A stretch of 29,799 nucleotides of DNA from a virus (taxonomy: Duplodnaviria > Caudoviricetes), in the IMG/VR virus record IMGVR_UViG_3300025888_000025, positions 1-29,799 of that record, one strand, 5' to 3'. Made by a program: the position numbers and the translations under genes. This document shows positions 14,914 to 23,740 of this stretch, piece by piece. Position 1 is the stretch's first letter. Each line of letters begins with the position of its first letter. Below the pieces are notes generated by a model. The model was not told the origin of the DNA and did no database searches. It saw only the letters and a program-made list of their open reading frames with translations.

Positions 14914-15195
14914 ATGATCTTCATCGCCTCGCTCATCGCCGTAGTTGCGACAGCGGTCGTTACTCGCAAGTGGGCGCCTACTGCCGGGATTGCACTCGTC
15001 GCCGCCATTGCTCTTGCGGTCGTCTGGCATGTCAACCTGAATGTCACGCCCCGCCAGGAATTCTCCGACACGCTCGGCGGCAACTCCGTCTGCGTCCCCG
15101 TCGTTTCGAATGGATACGACGCGACCTTCATCTTCCCCTGGGCGTCTGACGTGGAGCACCAGGTTGGCACGACCTGTTGGGCAGTCGGCGCCTAG
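14914..15195 (+). CDS. Two-TM membrane protein, moron antisense to tail operon
   Basis: SD AAAGGA/AGGA before ATG 14914 (alternative ATG 14872); fills the gap between two tail genes; two Cys in C-terminal domain. Confidence 0.75.
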   Translation: MIFIASLIAVVATAVVTRKWAPTAGIALVAAIALAVVWHVNLNVTPRQEFSDTLGGNSVCVPVVSNGYDATFIFPWASDVEHQVGTTCWAVGA

Positions 15196-15196
15196 T

Positions 15197-15835
15197 TCAT
15201 CGCAGGAAGAGGACCATCACGTCCAAGTTCACGATGTTGTACGCGCTGGCCGACCATCCGGCTACCCCCGACGAGGCGAGGGCGTTCACGTAGAACGTTG
15301 AGCCCAGGCTTGGGATTAGCCCGGCGATTCCCTTCGAGATGCATCCGTTGCCGCCTGACGAAACGCTGGCCTGGGCAGAATACCCTAGCGACGTACCGTT
15401 GATCGTTGTCTGCAAATAGAAATCGTCCGATGCGGCCGTGCTGTTATGCGCATCAATCGTGGCTGTCGCAAAGATGAGCGCTTGCGTGTATCCAGACGGA
15501 ACGGTAATCGTCGCCCTAACCTTCTCCACGTTCGCGCCGGTCGCGAGGGAGAAAGTCCCGGCGTCCACGTGCGCGACATTCGGGTATACCTGACTCCCGA
15601 CGAGCGCGTTGATGCTCACGAGTTGCGCCGCGATGTCGGTCTGTGCCGTTCCCAGGTCGGACACCGTTGTCGCAAGTGTGCCCTGTGCTGCGGTCAGGTC
15701 CGCGACGATCTCCTTCACCGACTGAGCCACCGAGGGCATCATTTCGCGTTGCCATTGGTCGATGGCTTCGAACTTGCGGTGAATCCAGTCGGGGTCTAAT
15801 CCTGCGGGCATCTGGGAAGCATCACCACCGGCCAC
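15197..15835 (-). CDS. Minor tail protein
   Basis: N-terminal heptad-like stalk then beta-rich domain; position. Confidence 0.75.
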   Translation of the reverse strand: MAGGDASQMPAGLDPDWIHRKFEAIDQWQREMMPSVAQSVKEIVADLTAAQGTLATTVSDLGTAQTDIAAQLVSINALVGSQVYPNVAHVDAGTFSLATGANVEKVRATITVPSGYTQALIFATATIDAHNSTAASDDFYLQTTINGTSLGYSAQASVSSGGNGCISKGIAGLIPSLGSTFYVNALASSGVAGWSASAYNIVNLDVMVLFLR

Positions 15836-16949
15836 GAGTCACCACCAAATCGGCTAGGACGGGTGTCACCTGTTGGACGCCAGTCAACGTTCGAGACCAG
15901 CCGATGACACGACCCGTGCCACCGAGGCCGCCCGGGTATGCGAGCAACCGGTCAGCCGTGACCGCCGTGACCGACGATGAGCCGCCAATGTTGAACCCCG
16001 TCACGTCGCCCATCTGGAAGTCGATACCAGGACGGGCCGTGGAGCCAATGAGCGACACGGCGAGCGACCGTGAGCCCTGACCCACGAGCGCCGACTTGGA
16101 CACCGCGTGCGAGTCCAACGTTGCCGTGACACTGATCGACGTTGACGGCGTGAATCGCATCTCAAACTTCGGACGATTGTCACCAGTCACAAGAGCGTGC
16201 GCCGACTGTGGCCGCGCATCATTGGCCGCCGACGACAGTGCCAGCACGTCATTCGCGCCAGACCCGTCGCCGTAATCCTCGATCAGCGTGAAGTCCGTAA
16301 TGTCGCCCGGATACTCCCACGTCACAGCGGGGTCCATGCCAGCGTTCGGCGTGGTGCCCAGGCGGTCGCGGACAATCAACTGCGGCACATACGCGGTCTG
16401 CGTGCCCACCGTCGTCGCAACCCAGCCCACCATCCACTCGGGGCCACCATCAACAGCCGCGAGCTCTGACATGACCGAGAACAACGACTTGTCATTGATG
16501 TCAAGGTAGGTGCGGTCGCGGTGGGTTGCCGAAACTGACACGTCATACGCGAACGGCAAACCGGATGCGTCGCCGTATGCGACGACTAGGGCCTCAACGA
16601 TCGCGCACTGGTCAGTCGATGTGTACGTCACGTCGCCCACGAAACGACGGCGCCAATACGTCGGAATGGTGCCCATGTCGATGTTCACCGCGTTGCCCTT
16701 GCCACGTGTACGGCGAGCAACCAGCCCACCCCACACCGGCAGACCATCCTCAAGCAACACCATGTAGACGCTGCCCGGACGGGTCGCGTTCAACCACTCC
16801 GCCGACGTGTTCGCGTCCAAGGTCAACGTGCCCGATGCGGTCTCGTAACCGTTCATCGCATCCGCGATACGGTCAACACTCAGCCCGGGAAGGTCCGTGA
16901 TGACAACACCCGTAGTCGCAGAACATGCCACCCATTGCAGCGTGCTCAT
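15822..16949 (-). CDS. Minor tail/baseplate hub protein
   Basis: PVWGGLVARR, RDRTY, LAAVDGGPEW, WEYPGDI motifs; follows Dit. Confidence 0.82.
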   Translation of the reverse strand: MSTLQWVACSATTGVVITDLPGLSVDRIADAMNGYETASGTLTLDANTSAEWLNATRPGSVYMVLLEDGLPVWGGLVARRTRGKGNAVNIDMGTIPTYWRRRFVGDVTYTSTDQCAIVEALVVAYGDASGLPFAYDVSVSATHRDRTYLDINDKSLFSVMSELAAVDGGPEWMVGWVATTVGTQTAYVPQLIVRDRLGTTPNAGMDPAVTWEYPGDITDFTLIEDYGDGSGANDVLALSSAANDARPQSAHALVTGDNRPKFEMRFTPSTSISVTATLDSHAVSKSALVGQGSRSLAVSLIGSTARPGIDFQMGDVTGFNIGGSSSVTAVTADRLLAYPGGLGGTGRVIGWSRTLTGVQQVTPVLADLVVTRGRW

Positions 16950-16950
16950 G

Positions 16951-17826
16951 TCACCACCACGACGGCGTGGCCGTCACTTCGAGTGTTCCAATCCCAGACT
17001 GCGCCGTGAACGCCCACTGGTTCGCGCCAGGAGCACCATTCACGCCCGGCTGGAACTCCGACCAGCCGCGACCAGTCACCCAGCCGTTACGCTCAGCCCC
17101 AGCCTGCGAGTTCTCGAGAACCTTGCGGCCCTCCATATCGACGTAAATCCAGTTGCCTTCGGGGATCGTAAGCGATGCCGCGAACTGCAACGTGATCCCC
17201 GACGCGATGTGCGTCACCGCGGGGCCCGTCAAGCCGCCCACGTCAGCTGTGATCTTGAGCGTCACACGACCAGGCGCATTGCCAGGGTTTGTGAGCGTCA
17301 CCACACCCGATGTCACGGTCTCCGAGAACGTGAACGGGAACGTGAACGGGAACGTCATGCCGCCAGCGGTTGACGGCAAGCCCGTCGAACCCACGAGGTC
17401 CGCCTGAACCTTGCGCGGATCTGCGGCAAGTAGGACCGTTGACCAGTTGACCACCGTGCCGCTGGACCGGGGCTGATACGTCACGTCGCCCGTACGCCGA
17501 ACAGTCACCCAGCGCGCGCTTGAGCCCTCGACCACCGTGAACGTCGTATCGGTCAACGTGGCAGACGCGACCAACTCGTCAAACGTGTCACGAGCCTCAT
17601 CAAGGGAAGGCGCAATGATCGCACCCGCAACCGTCATGTATTTGCCAATGTGGAAACCGTCAGACACCCACACACCATGCTGGCCCGGCTTCCGTACCGT
17701 CTCGGCCGACGACGCCGGAGCGCCCCAACCAGACAGGTCGGACATGATGACGTCAATGTCACCAGCGTGAGTCGCCGACAGTTCGAATGTCCCCAACGTT
17801 GCGCGTTGTGCTTGAACCGGAATCAC
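16951..17826 (-). CDS. Distal tail (Dit-like) minor tail protein
   Basis: Directly after tape measure; LSGWG, LLAADPRK, FPFTFPFTF, TNPGNAP. Confidence 0.85.
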   Translation of the reverse strand: MIPVQAQRATLGTFELSATHAGDIDVIMSDLSGWGAPASSAETVRKPGQHGVWVSDGFHIGKYMTVAGAIIAPSLDEARDTFDELVASATLTDTTFTVVEGSSARWVTVRRTGDVTYQPRSSGTVVNWSTVLLAADPRKVQADLVGSTGLPSTAGGMTFPFTFPFTFSETVTSGVVTLTNPGNAPGRVTLKITADVGGLTGPAVTHIASGITLQFAASLTIPEGNWIYVDMEGRKVLENSQAGAERNGWVTGRGWSEFQPGVNGAPGANQWAFTAQSGIGTLEVTATPSWW

Positions 17827-20567
17827 GCTGCGCCCCTGTACTGCAAACGCGGCAACTCGGCCACAATCTGCTCGATGTCCTGGATGCCCTGGATGATGAT
17901 CGTCTGACCCTTGTCGCCACGACCACTGTCGATCCTGCTATTCGGGATGACCTGCTCGCCGCCACGGAACCTCACAAGCTCGGGACCATTCTCACCGACA
18001 AGGGCCACACCGCTCTGGGCGGAGTTCGTGCCCGCGGCGTACTTGGGCATCGCCCACGATGGCGTCTGGACGGCCTGACTGTAGAACGTCGTCGAGACCT
18101 CAATGCTCTTCGAGTTGGGGATGGCGTTGATGGCGTCGGCGAACCCCTGCGCCTTGCTTGCCGCATCGAGCATCTTGTCGGCGGCCTCTGTTGCCCAGCC
18201 GAATCCGGGGACATTGCCGAGCGCCCCAAGCATGGTCGCGAAGCCATCGGCGATGCGGGCAAAACCGTTGAGGATGAAATCGGCCGCCGCCGCAAGGACC
18301 GTCGTCACCATGTTGAAATTGGTCGTCCACTGGTCTTTCATCCACGCCACGCCCGCGACGACGAGTGCCCATTCCACGTCGACGCCGTCCTTGAACCACT
18401 TGACGTTGTTGTAGGCCCACACGAATGCGGCGACGAGCGCGGCGACCCCGGCGATGATCCACGCAATGGGGCCGAGGCCGATCACCCATGCGGCGGCCAT
18501 CGTGATACCGGAAGCCATGGCCGTGGCGGCAGTGGAGATCCACCCGGCAGCGACGATGCCGAACGATACAACGGTTGACGCCGCACCGGCAATGGCCTCA
18601 CCAATCCGGGCAAGCCACACCTCCGCAATGATCGCACCTGCGGTAACGGCTGCGGCGGCCTGCACTCCCCAGCCGGAGATGGCGACGAACACGTGGGAAG
18701 CAACCTGCGATGCGGCGCTGATTGCGGCCTTGCCAGACGAGACAAGCCACTGAACATCCATTGTGACCATCGCAGCCACCATGGCCGCTGCGCTCTTGAT
18801 TGCATCCCACTTGAGCATGGCCCAAATGGCGACAATGATCGCCCCGTCCGCAATAGCGGCACCGGCGGACATGACCCACCCAGTGACGATCGACACGTTG
18901 GCGCCATACTGGAAGATGGCCGAGTCCACAGCCGCAACCTTGGACGCGACCCACGCACTGACCTGCGTGGCGGCTGACGCGACGGCATCGGTCGCCGCGA
19001 CAGCGAACGCGGGAAGCAGGATGACCGTGATGATCCCGGCGAGCGCTTTGATGGCTCCCTTGTGGTCCTCCCAGTACTGCTTGAGTGATCCGAGTTGTGT
19101 GCCACCTGAGCCGAGAATCCAGTCCTCGATTTTCTTGAGGTCGGGCAGGAAAGTGCCGGTGATGAACGATGCGAGTGGGACGATGCCGTTGTTATAGATG
19201 TCCTGGAGGATGTCGCGGAACTTGCCGCCCGAACCCTCGCCGTCGCGAAACTGCTGGACGAAGGTCTGCACGGCGGGAATCGCGGTGCCGATGAGAAAAT
19301 CACCGATCGGCTTGATGGCATCGTTGTAGAGCAGGACCAGGAAGTCGCGGAATCCGCCGCCCGCGCCGGTGCCATCCTTGAAACCTTGGATAAATCGGTC
19401 TACGGCAGGCACCACGGTGCCAGTGATGTAGCCGCCGACCGTCACCAGTACGGGGACAACGTTGTCCGACAGCCAGCCGCTAAACTCCTTGATTATCGGG
19501 ATGCCCCGGTCGTTGATCCACTGCATTCCGTCACCGAACGCCTTGAACACGCGAATGGCGATCGGCTCAAGACCCACCAGGACGTTGTTCTTGAGGACGG
19601 CGAACTTTGACGCGAACGTGGAGACCGCCGAGCCCGCCGTCAGGATCGTATCGTTGCCAGCCCCGGCCGCCGCCATGAGGTCGTTCAGGTTCAGGGTGCC
19701 CGACTTGACCGCCGCGACGAACTGGGTGGCGCCGCGCGTGCCGAAAATCTTCGCAGCCAACGTGAGCGCCGCCGCGTCGTTCCCGGCCTTTGTGAAGTTC
19801 TCGATCTGCCCAATGGTGTCTTTGAGCGCCTGCTGTGGCTCGAGCCCGGCCTTCGCGAAGTTGACGAGGCCAATCTTGAGGGCCATCAGGGTCGTCGAGT
19901 TCGCGATGCCAGCCTTGTCCATGGTGCCCATGAGCGCCGCCGAGTCTGCGAACGAGAACCCGAACTGTTGCAACACGGGGGCGCCCGACTTGACCGAGTC
20001 GGACAGGGCGTTGATGCTTACTCCGGTCGCCTGAGACACCTGGAAGAGAGTGTCCAGGGCGGCCGACGTATCCGCACCCGTGATGTTGAAGATGGAGAAC
20101 GCGGCCGTGAGCGTCGGAATGTCCAAGGACTCTTTGGTGATGCGTCCGGCCGTGATGAACTGTCGGGCCAGAGTCTCCAAGACGGGACCCGTCAAGCCGA
20201 GGCGCTCATGCAAGCCCGCGATGGTCGTGCCGATGTCGGCGAACGACGACGGGACCTTCGTGCCGACGTTCTTGGCCGATGCGACCAAATCGTCCAGGGC
20301 CGCACCCGTCTCGCCCGTGCCCACACGGATCGTGGACTCCATGGCGTGAAACGTGTCGCCGATCGCATAGAGCGAACCGACTGCGGCGACGACCAATACG
20401 ACCGGAAGCGCCGCCTTCAAGGCGCCAAGAAGTGAACCGCCCATCATGCCCCCGGCCGTCGCCCCGGCCGCCGTGGCACCCGGGACGATAGCCTCAGCAA
20501 TGGCCGCCTGAGCGCCCGCCAGTGATGGGATCAGGGTCACATAGGCGCTCGCAATTTCAACAGCCAT
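17823..20567 (-). CDS. Tape measure protein (914 aa)
   Basis: Start MAVEIASAYVTLIPS (TGATG overlap); Ala-rich helical; C-terminal YAAGT...LVGENGPELV. Confidence 0.95.
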   Translation of the reverse strand: MAVEIASAYVTLIPSLAGAQAAIAEAIVPGATAAGATAGGMMGGSLLGALKAALPVVLVVAAVGSLYAIGDTFHAMESTIRVGTGETGAALDDLVASAKNVGTKVPSSFADIGTTIAGLHERLGLTGPVLETLARQFITAGRITKESLDIPTLTAAFSIFNITGADTSAALDTLFQVSQATGVSINALSDSVKSGAPVLQQFGFSFADSAALMGTMDKAGIANSTTLMALKIGLVNFAKAGLEPQQALKDTIGQIENFTKAGNDAAALTLAAKIFGTRGATQFVAAVKSGTLNLNDLMAAAGAGNDTILTAGSAVSTFASKFAVLKNNVLVGLEPIAIRVFKAFGDGMQWINDRGIPIIKEFSGWLSDNVVPVLVTVGGYITGTVVPAVDRFIQGFKDGTGAGGGFRDFLVLLYNDAIKPIGDFLIGTAIPAVQTFVQQFRDGEGSGGKFRDILQDIYNNGIVPLASFITGTFLPDLKKIEDWILGSGGTQLGSLKQYWEDHKGAIKALAGIITVILLPAFAVAATDAVASAATQVSAWVASKVAAVDSAIFQYGANVSIVTGWVMSAGAAIADGAIIVAIWAMLKWDAIKSAAAMVAAMVTMDVQWLVSSGKAAISAASQVASHVFVAISGWGVQAAAAVTAGAIIAEVWLARIGEAIAGAASTVVSFGIVAAGWISTAATAMASGITMAAAWVIGLGPIAWIIAGVAALVAAFVWAYNNVKWFKDGVDVEWALVVAGVAWMKDQWTTNFNMVTTVLAAAADFILNGFARIADGFATMLGALGNVPGFGWATEAADKMLDAASKAQGFADAINAIPNSKSIEVSTTFYSQAVQTPSWAMPKYAAGTNSAQSGVALVGENGPELVRFRGGEQVIPNSRIDSGRGDKGQTIIIQGIQDIEQIVAELPRLQYRGAA

Positions 20568-20965
20568 CAGGCGTCCCCTTTCCCTTTGCGACGGTTCCAC
20601 CAGTCGTTGAACTTGGACATCGGCAACGCGCCACTACCAAACGTGCGCCCCCTCGGCGTCACACCGGGACGCAGAATTGGCTCGGGCGGATCGCCCTTGC
20701 CACTACCGTTCTGCCAGATGAGGATGTCGAGACGATCCGCGATGATCGCGCCCAGTTGGGCGCTCAGGGTCCAGTGGGAATCCTTGCCATGCAAGGACCG
20801 GTCCATGGCAGACCCAGCCGGGGACTGACGCACCACAACCAACAGGTCGCGCCACGTCAGACGCTCCGTGCCCAAATCGTCCAGGCGCAACCCGACGGTC
20901 AGAAGGTCATACTCGACGGCCTCGCCATGCTCTTCTAGGAGCTGGACGAGGCCGAGGATTCCCCC
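20567..20965 (-). CDS. Tail assembly chaperone, -1 frameshift extension (gpT-like part)
   Basis: Frame ILGLVQLLEEHGEAVEYDLL...LTWRDL...PILRPG entered at slippery GGGGGAA (20965-20959). Confidence 0.85.
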   Translation of the reverse strand, partial: GGILGLVQLLEEHGEAVEYDLLTVGLRLDDLGTERLTWRDLLVVVRQSPAGSAMDRSLHGKDSHWTLSAQLGAIIADRLDILIWQNGSGKGDPPEPILRPGVTPRGRTFGSGALPMSKFNDWWNRRKGKGDA

Positions 20966-21246
20966 ACCGTGATCCCGGAGTCCGCCTGCCACGCTTCGAT
21001 GAACGTGTTGAACTCGCCCACCTCGGTCTCATCGAGAATGGCAAGGGCTTCCTTCGATGCGAGGTATTCCAGGACGGCGAACACCTGGTTGGCTACCGGC
21101 TCGTTGCGCATTTTGCGCGCGACACCCGTGGGCATCTTCTTGAACTGGGGGACGACAACCGTCGCGCCCGATTCGGTGACGAACGTGAAGTTCTTCGACG
21201 CCGCCACTTGCGCGACGGGTACAGACTCGGGTACAGATTCGGACAT
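20935..21246 (-). CDS. Tail assembly chaperone (gpG-like)
   Basis: SD GAAAGG before ATG 21246; ends AWQADSGITVGESSASSSS. Confidence 0.88.
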   Translation of the reverse strand: MSESVPESVPVAQVAASKNFTFVTESGATVVVPQFKKMPTGVARKMRNEPVANQVFAVLEYLASKEALAILDETEVGEFNTFIEAWQADSGITVGESSASSSS

Positions 21247-21327
21247 GGGGAGACCTTTCGTAGTGTGTGGGGAGACCTGACAACGCCGGACGGGGGCCGG
21301 TCTCCCCTGAGGGAACCCCCGCCCGGC
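21246..21327 (-). promoter_or_regulatory. Structured intergenic RNA element (hairpin plus two alternative loop targets)
   Basis: 12-bp stem 21327-21316/21296-21285; loop GGGGAGACC complementary to GGTCTCCCC at 21277-21269 and 21255-21247. Confidence 0.65.
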
Positions 21328-21335
21328 TGCTTGGG

Positions 21336-21914
21336 TTACGACTCGTTGCCGTCGTCCAGGAAGATGTAGATCGAGTTGCCCGAAGCATCCGGGTAGCACG
21401 ACAGGGTCACCGGAATCTTGATCGCGTCAGACTTGACGAACGAAAGATCGCCCGTCTCCGTGACCTGAGCGTCAGGGGCGACGATGACGACGCGAGTGTC
21501 GCCATCCTTGATCCTGAATACCCACTCCTTGCGAGGCAACTCGTAGGCGCCCATCTGGATCTTGAGTTGGTTGCCGTGCCGGTAGTTCTGGGGGATCGCG
21601 GTCACGTTGCCGTCGCCGAACGAGTTCTTGAGCGATGCCTGGTTGACTTCCAGGTGCTCCCACTTGAGTTCCCCGGTGAAGGACTGGAGAATCTTGCGAA
21701 TCTCCGCCCCAGACCAGTCGGCGATGCTGTTCGTGTTGCGCTTCGGCGACAACGTGAGGCCCTTGTCGGACACGTACCCGGAATCGGTGAACGCGACGTT
21801 GAGGGTGGCGAGCGCGTCGGTGGGGAGTGCGGTGCCGAGGGGGGCGGAAAGAATCGCCCCGGTGGTCGCCTGGTCGGGTGCGCCGACCAGGACATTGGCG
21901 GCATTAACAGCCAT
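21336..21914 (-). CDS. Major tail (tube) protein
   Basis: APLGTALPTDA, GYVSDKGLTLS, IADWSG, APDAQVTETGD, YPDASGN; SD AAGGAG. Confidence 0.92.
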   Translation of the reverse strand: MAVNAANVLVGAPDQATTGAILSAPLGTALPTDALATLNVAFTDSGYVSDKGLTLSPKRNTNSIADWSGAEIRKILQSFTGELKWEHLEVNQASLKNSFGDGNVTAIPQNYRHGNQLKIQMGAYELPRKEWVFRIKDGDTRVVIVAPDAQVTETGDLSFVKSDAIKIPVTLSCYPDASGNSIYIFLDDGNES

Positions 21915-21953
21915 GGTGTTACTCCTTGCTGGTCGGTCTGACCGTTGGGTTGA

Positions 21954-22379
21954 CTATGCGGCGGTGCCGCGTACCGCGACCGTTGAAGTCGCGGAATACC
22001 TGGTGAAAGTGGGCGCGTCTGGGTCGGGGTCAAGGTAGGGGCCGCCGAAGGGGACAACCTCACGCAAGGGGACGCCATTGAGGAACCCGTCACGTTCCGC
22101 AGCGCCAAGGAACGCGCGGCACAGGTTGGCGATCGCCACCGCTCGGGTGCTGGAGGTCTTCGAGTACGCCTCCACGGTGATCTGTGCCATGTCGGTCGTG
22201 AGGTCGCGCGAGGGTCCTCCCGTGCGCCGGATGAACACGAAGTCTGTGGGCAGCGTCGCGGGCCTCTTGCCGACGTAGGCCACTACCGTGGTGAACCCCG
22301 TCCGCGCAGCGAATCGGGCATTGAACTCAAGCCGGGTCAAATCCTCGACATCTGGGAACACGATCACCTGGGCGGGCAT
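21954..22379 (-). CDS. Tail terminator
   Basis: FPDVE, FVFIRRTGG, ITVEAY, PDPD...RY; precedes tail tube. Confidence 0.82.
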   Translation of the reverse strand: MPAQVIVFPDVEDLTRLEFNARFAARTGFTTVVAYVGKRPATLPTDFVFIRRTGGPSRDLTTDMAQITVEAYSKTSSTRAVAIANLCRAFLGAAERDGFLNGVPLREVVPFGGPYLDPDPDAPTFTRYSATSTVAVRGTAA

Positions 22380-22380
22380 G

Positions 22381-22626
22381 TCAGTCCCTTCCGGCGTCGA
22401 TCGCGGAGGTGAGCGTCTTGTGCGCGGCCTCCTGATACCAGGCGTCCGCCGTCATAGAGTTCACGGAAGAGTGTGCGCGCGTCTTGCCCACCGTGGTCTG
22501 CACCTCGAAGCCGTCACCAGCCGCCGCCGCAATGCGATCAGCGCGGGCACTGAGTTCGTCCTGCACCTCTTGAGACTTGAGGAGTGCCTGAATCCCCGCC
22601 GAGTTCATGACGATCTTGGCGTCCAT
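22381..22626 (-). CDS. Neck/tail-completion protein
   Basis: NSAGIQALLKS...RADRIAAAAGDGFE; position. Confidence 0.75.
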   Translation of the reverse strand: MDAKIVMNSAGIQALLKSQEVQDELSARADRIAAAAGDGFEVQTTVGKTRAHSSVNSMTADAWYQEAAHKTLTSAIDAGRD

Positions 22627-22967
22627 CAGCCGGTGTGCTCCACCAAGTAGATGACCACGTGGTCAAGGGCGCCTGTGGGCGACGGCCAACGTTCCGGCTC
22701 GCCGTCCACCTCATACAGGACGCCACCGAAACGGACGGCGTTGTGGGCGTTGACGGCGGTCTCGGGGGGTGCCAGTGCGGTCCACTTGATTGAGACGCCC
22801 TGACGGGCAGCAGTGACCTCCGCCGAGGCACCGGGCGTCACGAGACACCCGGCCACCGTGGTCTCAGATGTGGGGGTTGCCGTCCAGTCGGGCACCGTCG
22901 TGCCCCGGTCGTCAATCGTCGCCAGGACGACCACGGCGATGGACTGGGATGCGAAGGAGACCAGCAT
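22626..22967 (-). CDS. Head-to-tail stopper
   Basis: TAATG-coupled start MLVSFASQ; DDRG..VPDW, YEVDGEPERW.SPTG.LDH. Confidence 0.82.
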   Translation of the reverse strand: MLVSFASQSIAVVVLATIDDRGTTVPDWTATPTSETTVAGCLVTPGASAEVTAARQGVSIKWTALAPPETAVNAHNAVRFGGVLYEVDGEPERWPSPTGALDHVVIYLVEHTG

Positions 22968-23587
22968 TATGCGCCCTTCGGCAACCGGTACAAGTTGAGG
23001 ATCGCAAGGTCGCGCTCGAGAAGCGCAAGACCGCCCGCTACGCCCGGTGCGGTCGTCGCCCACGTCACAGACAGCAGGCCCGCGCGCTCAGTCGTGGCGC
23101 CCATTGGCGACGACATGGCCGACGCGCACACTTGCATGATGATCTGTGCAACGTCCGGTACGTCCGCGATCGCGTACCCGTGCGTTGCCTCGACGGTGAT
23201 AGCACGGTAGCGCTCCGTCCATTGGCGTCGCCAAGGCTCAACTGATGGCATGGGCCTGGACGCGAGGCGAATCTCACCATTGGCGGACCACTCGTAGTCC
23301 CCCTCGTGGGTGGCTTGGTCGTATTCGGTGAGCGCGACCCCGAGTTGTGTCACCGAGGTGACCGCCGTGAGGTGCAACGTGGGCAGGACGATCAGGTCGC
23401 CGCCTGGTCCGTCAAGTGTGAACGTGGCCTCAATGCTGGGGGCAACATACCACCCGCAGAGGCGTCGAATCGCGGCGGTAGCACCGGCGATGAGCGCAGT
23501 GGAACGCGGGTCGGCCGTGAGAATCTTGCCACCCGTCCACTGGGACAGTTCGGTGGGCGTGACCAGGGGGTCGGTCGGTGTGGTCAC
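22967..23587 (-). CDS. Head-to-tail adaptor
   Basis: AIRRLCGWYVAP, LDGPGG...LPTL, DYEWSANG, THGY, LNLYRL. Confidence 0.85.
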   Translation of the reverse strand: MTTPTDPLVTPTELSQWTGGKILTADPRSTALIAGATAAIRRLCGWYVAPSIEATFTLDGPGGDLIVLPTLHLTAVTSVTQLGVALTEYDQATHEGDYEWSANGEIRLASRPMPSVEPWRRQWTERYRAITVEATHGYAIADVPDVAQIIMQVCASAMSSPMGATTERAGLLSVTWATTAPGVAGGLALLERDLAILNLYRLPKGA

Positions 23588-23739
23588 GATTCGTCTCCCT
23601 TGTTGAGAATGAGGATGCGTTGCTTGTTGCGAGGCGTCGGTGCGGCCTTCGCGTCAGCCGCCTTGTCGACGTCCGGCTCCGTATCCGGGCATGACGACAG
23701 GCGGGGTGAGTGCTTACCCGCCCCGCCTGTCGCGGTCAT
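23584..23739 (-). CDS. Small low-complexity protein or remnant after capsid
   Basis: KAAPTPRNKQR resembles small post-capsid genes; 5' part overlaps a hairpin, so coding status uncertain. Confidence 0.4.
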   Translation of the reverse strand: MTATGGAGKHSPRLSSCPDTEPDVDKAADAKAAPTPRNKQRILILNKGDES

Positions 23740-23740
23740 G
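23690..23740 (-). terminator. GC-rich hairpin right after capsid stop (attenuator or mRNA stabiliser)
   Basis: CATGAC-GACAGGCGGGG...CCCCGCCTGTC-GCG-GTCATG; no U-tract. Confidence 0.55.

Noticed and set aside
13724-15835. Gin/Cin-style invertible tail-fibre cassette or DGR target
   Set aside because: No alternative fibre C-terminus on the opposite strand, no long flanking inverted repeats, no reverse transcriptase or template repeat seen
17326-17355. 12-bp tandem repeat GAACGTGAACGG
   Set aside because: Encodes the FPFTFPFTF motif common in Dit-like proteins
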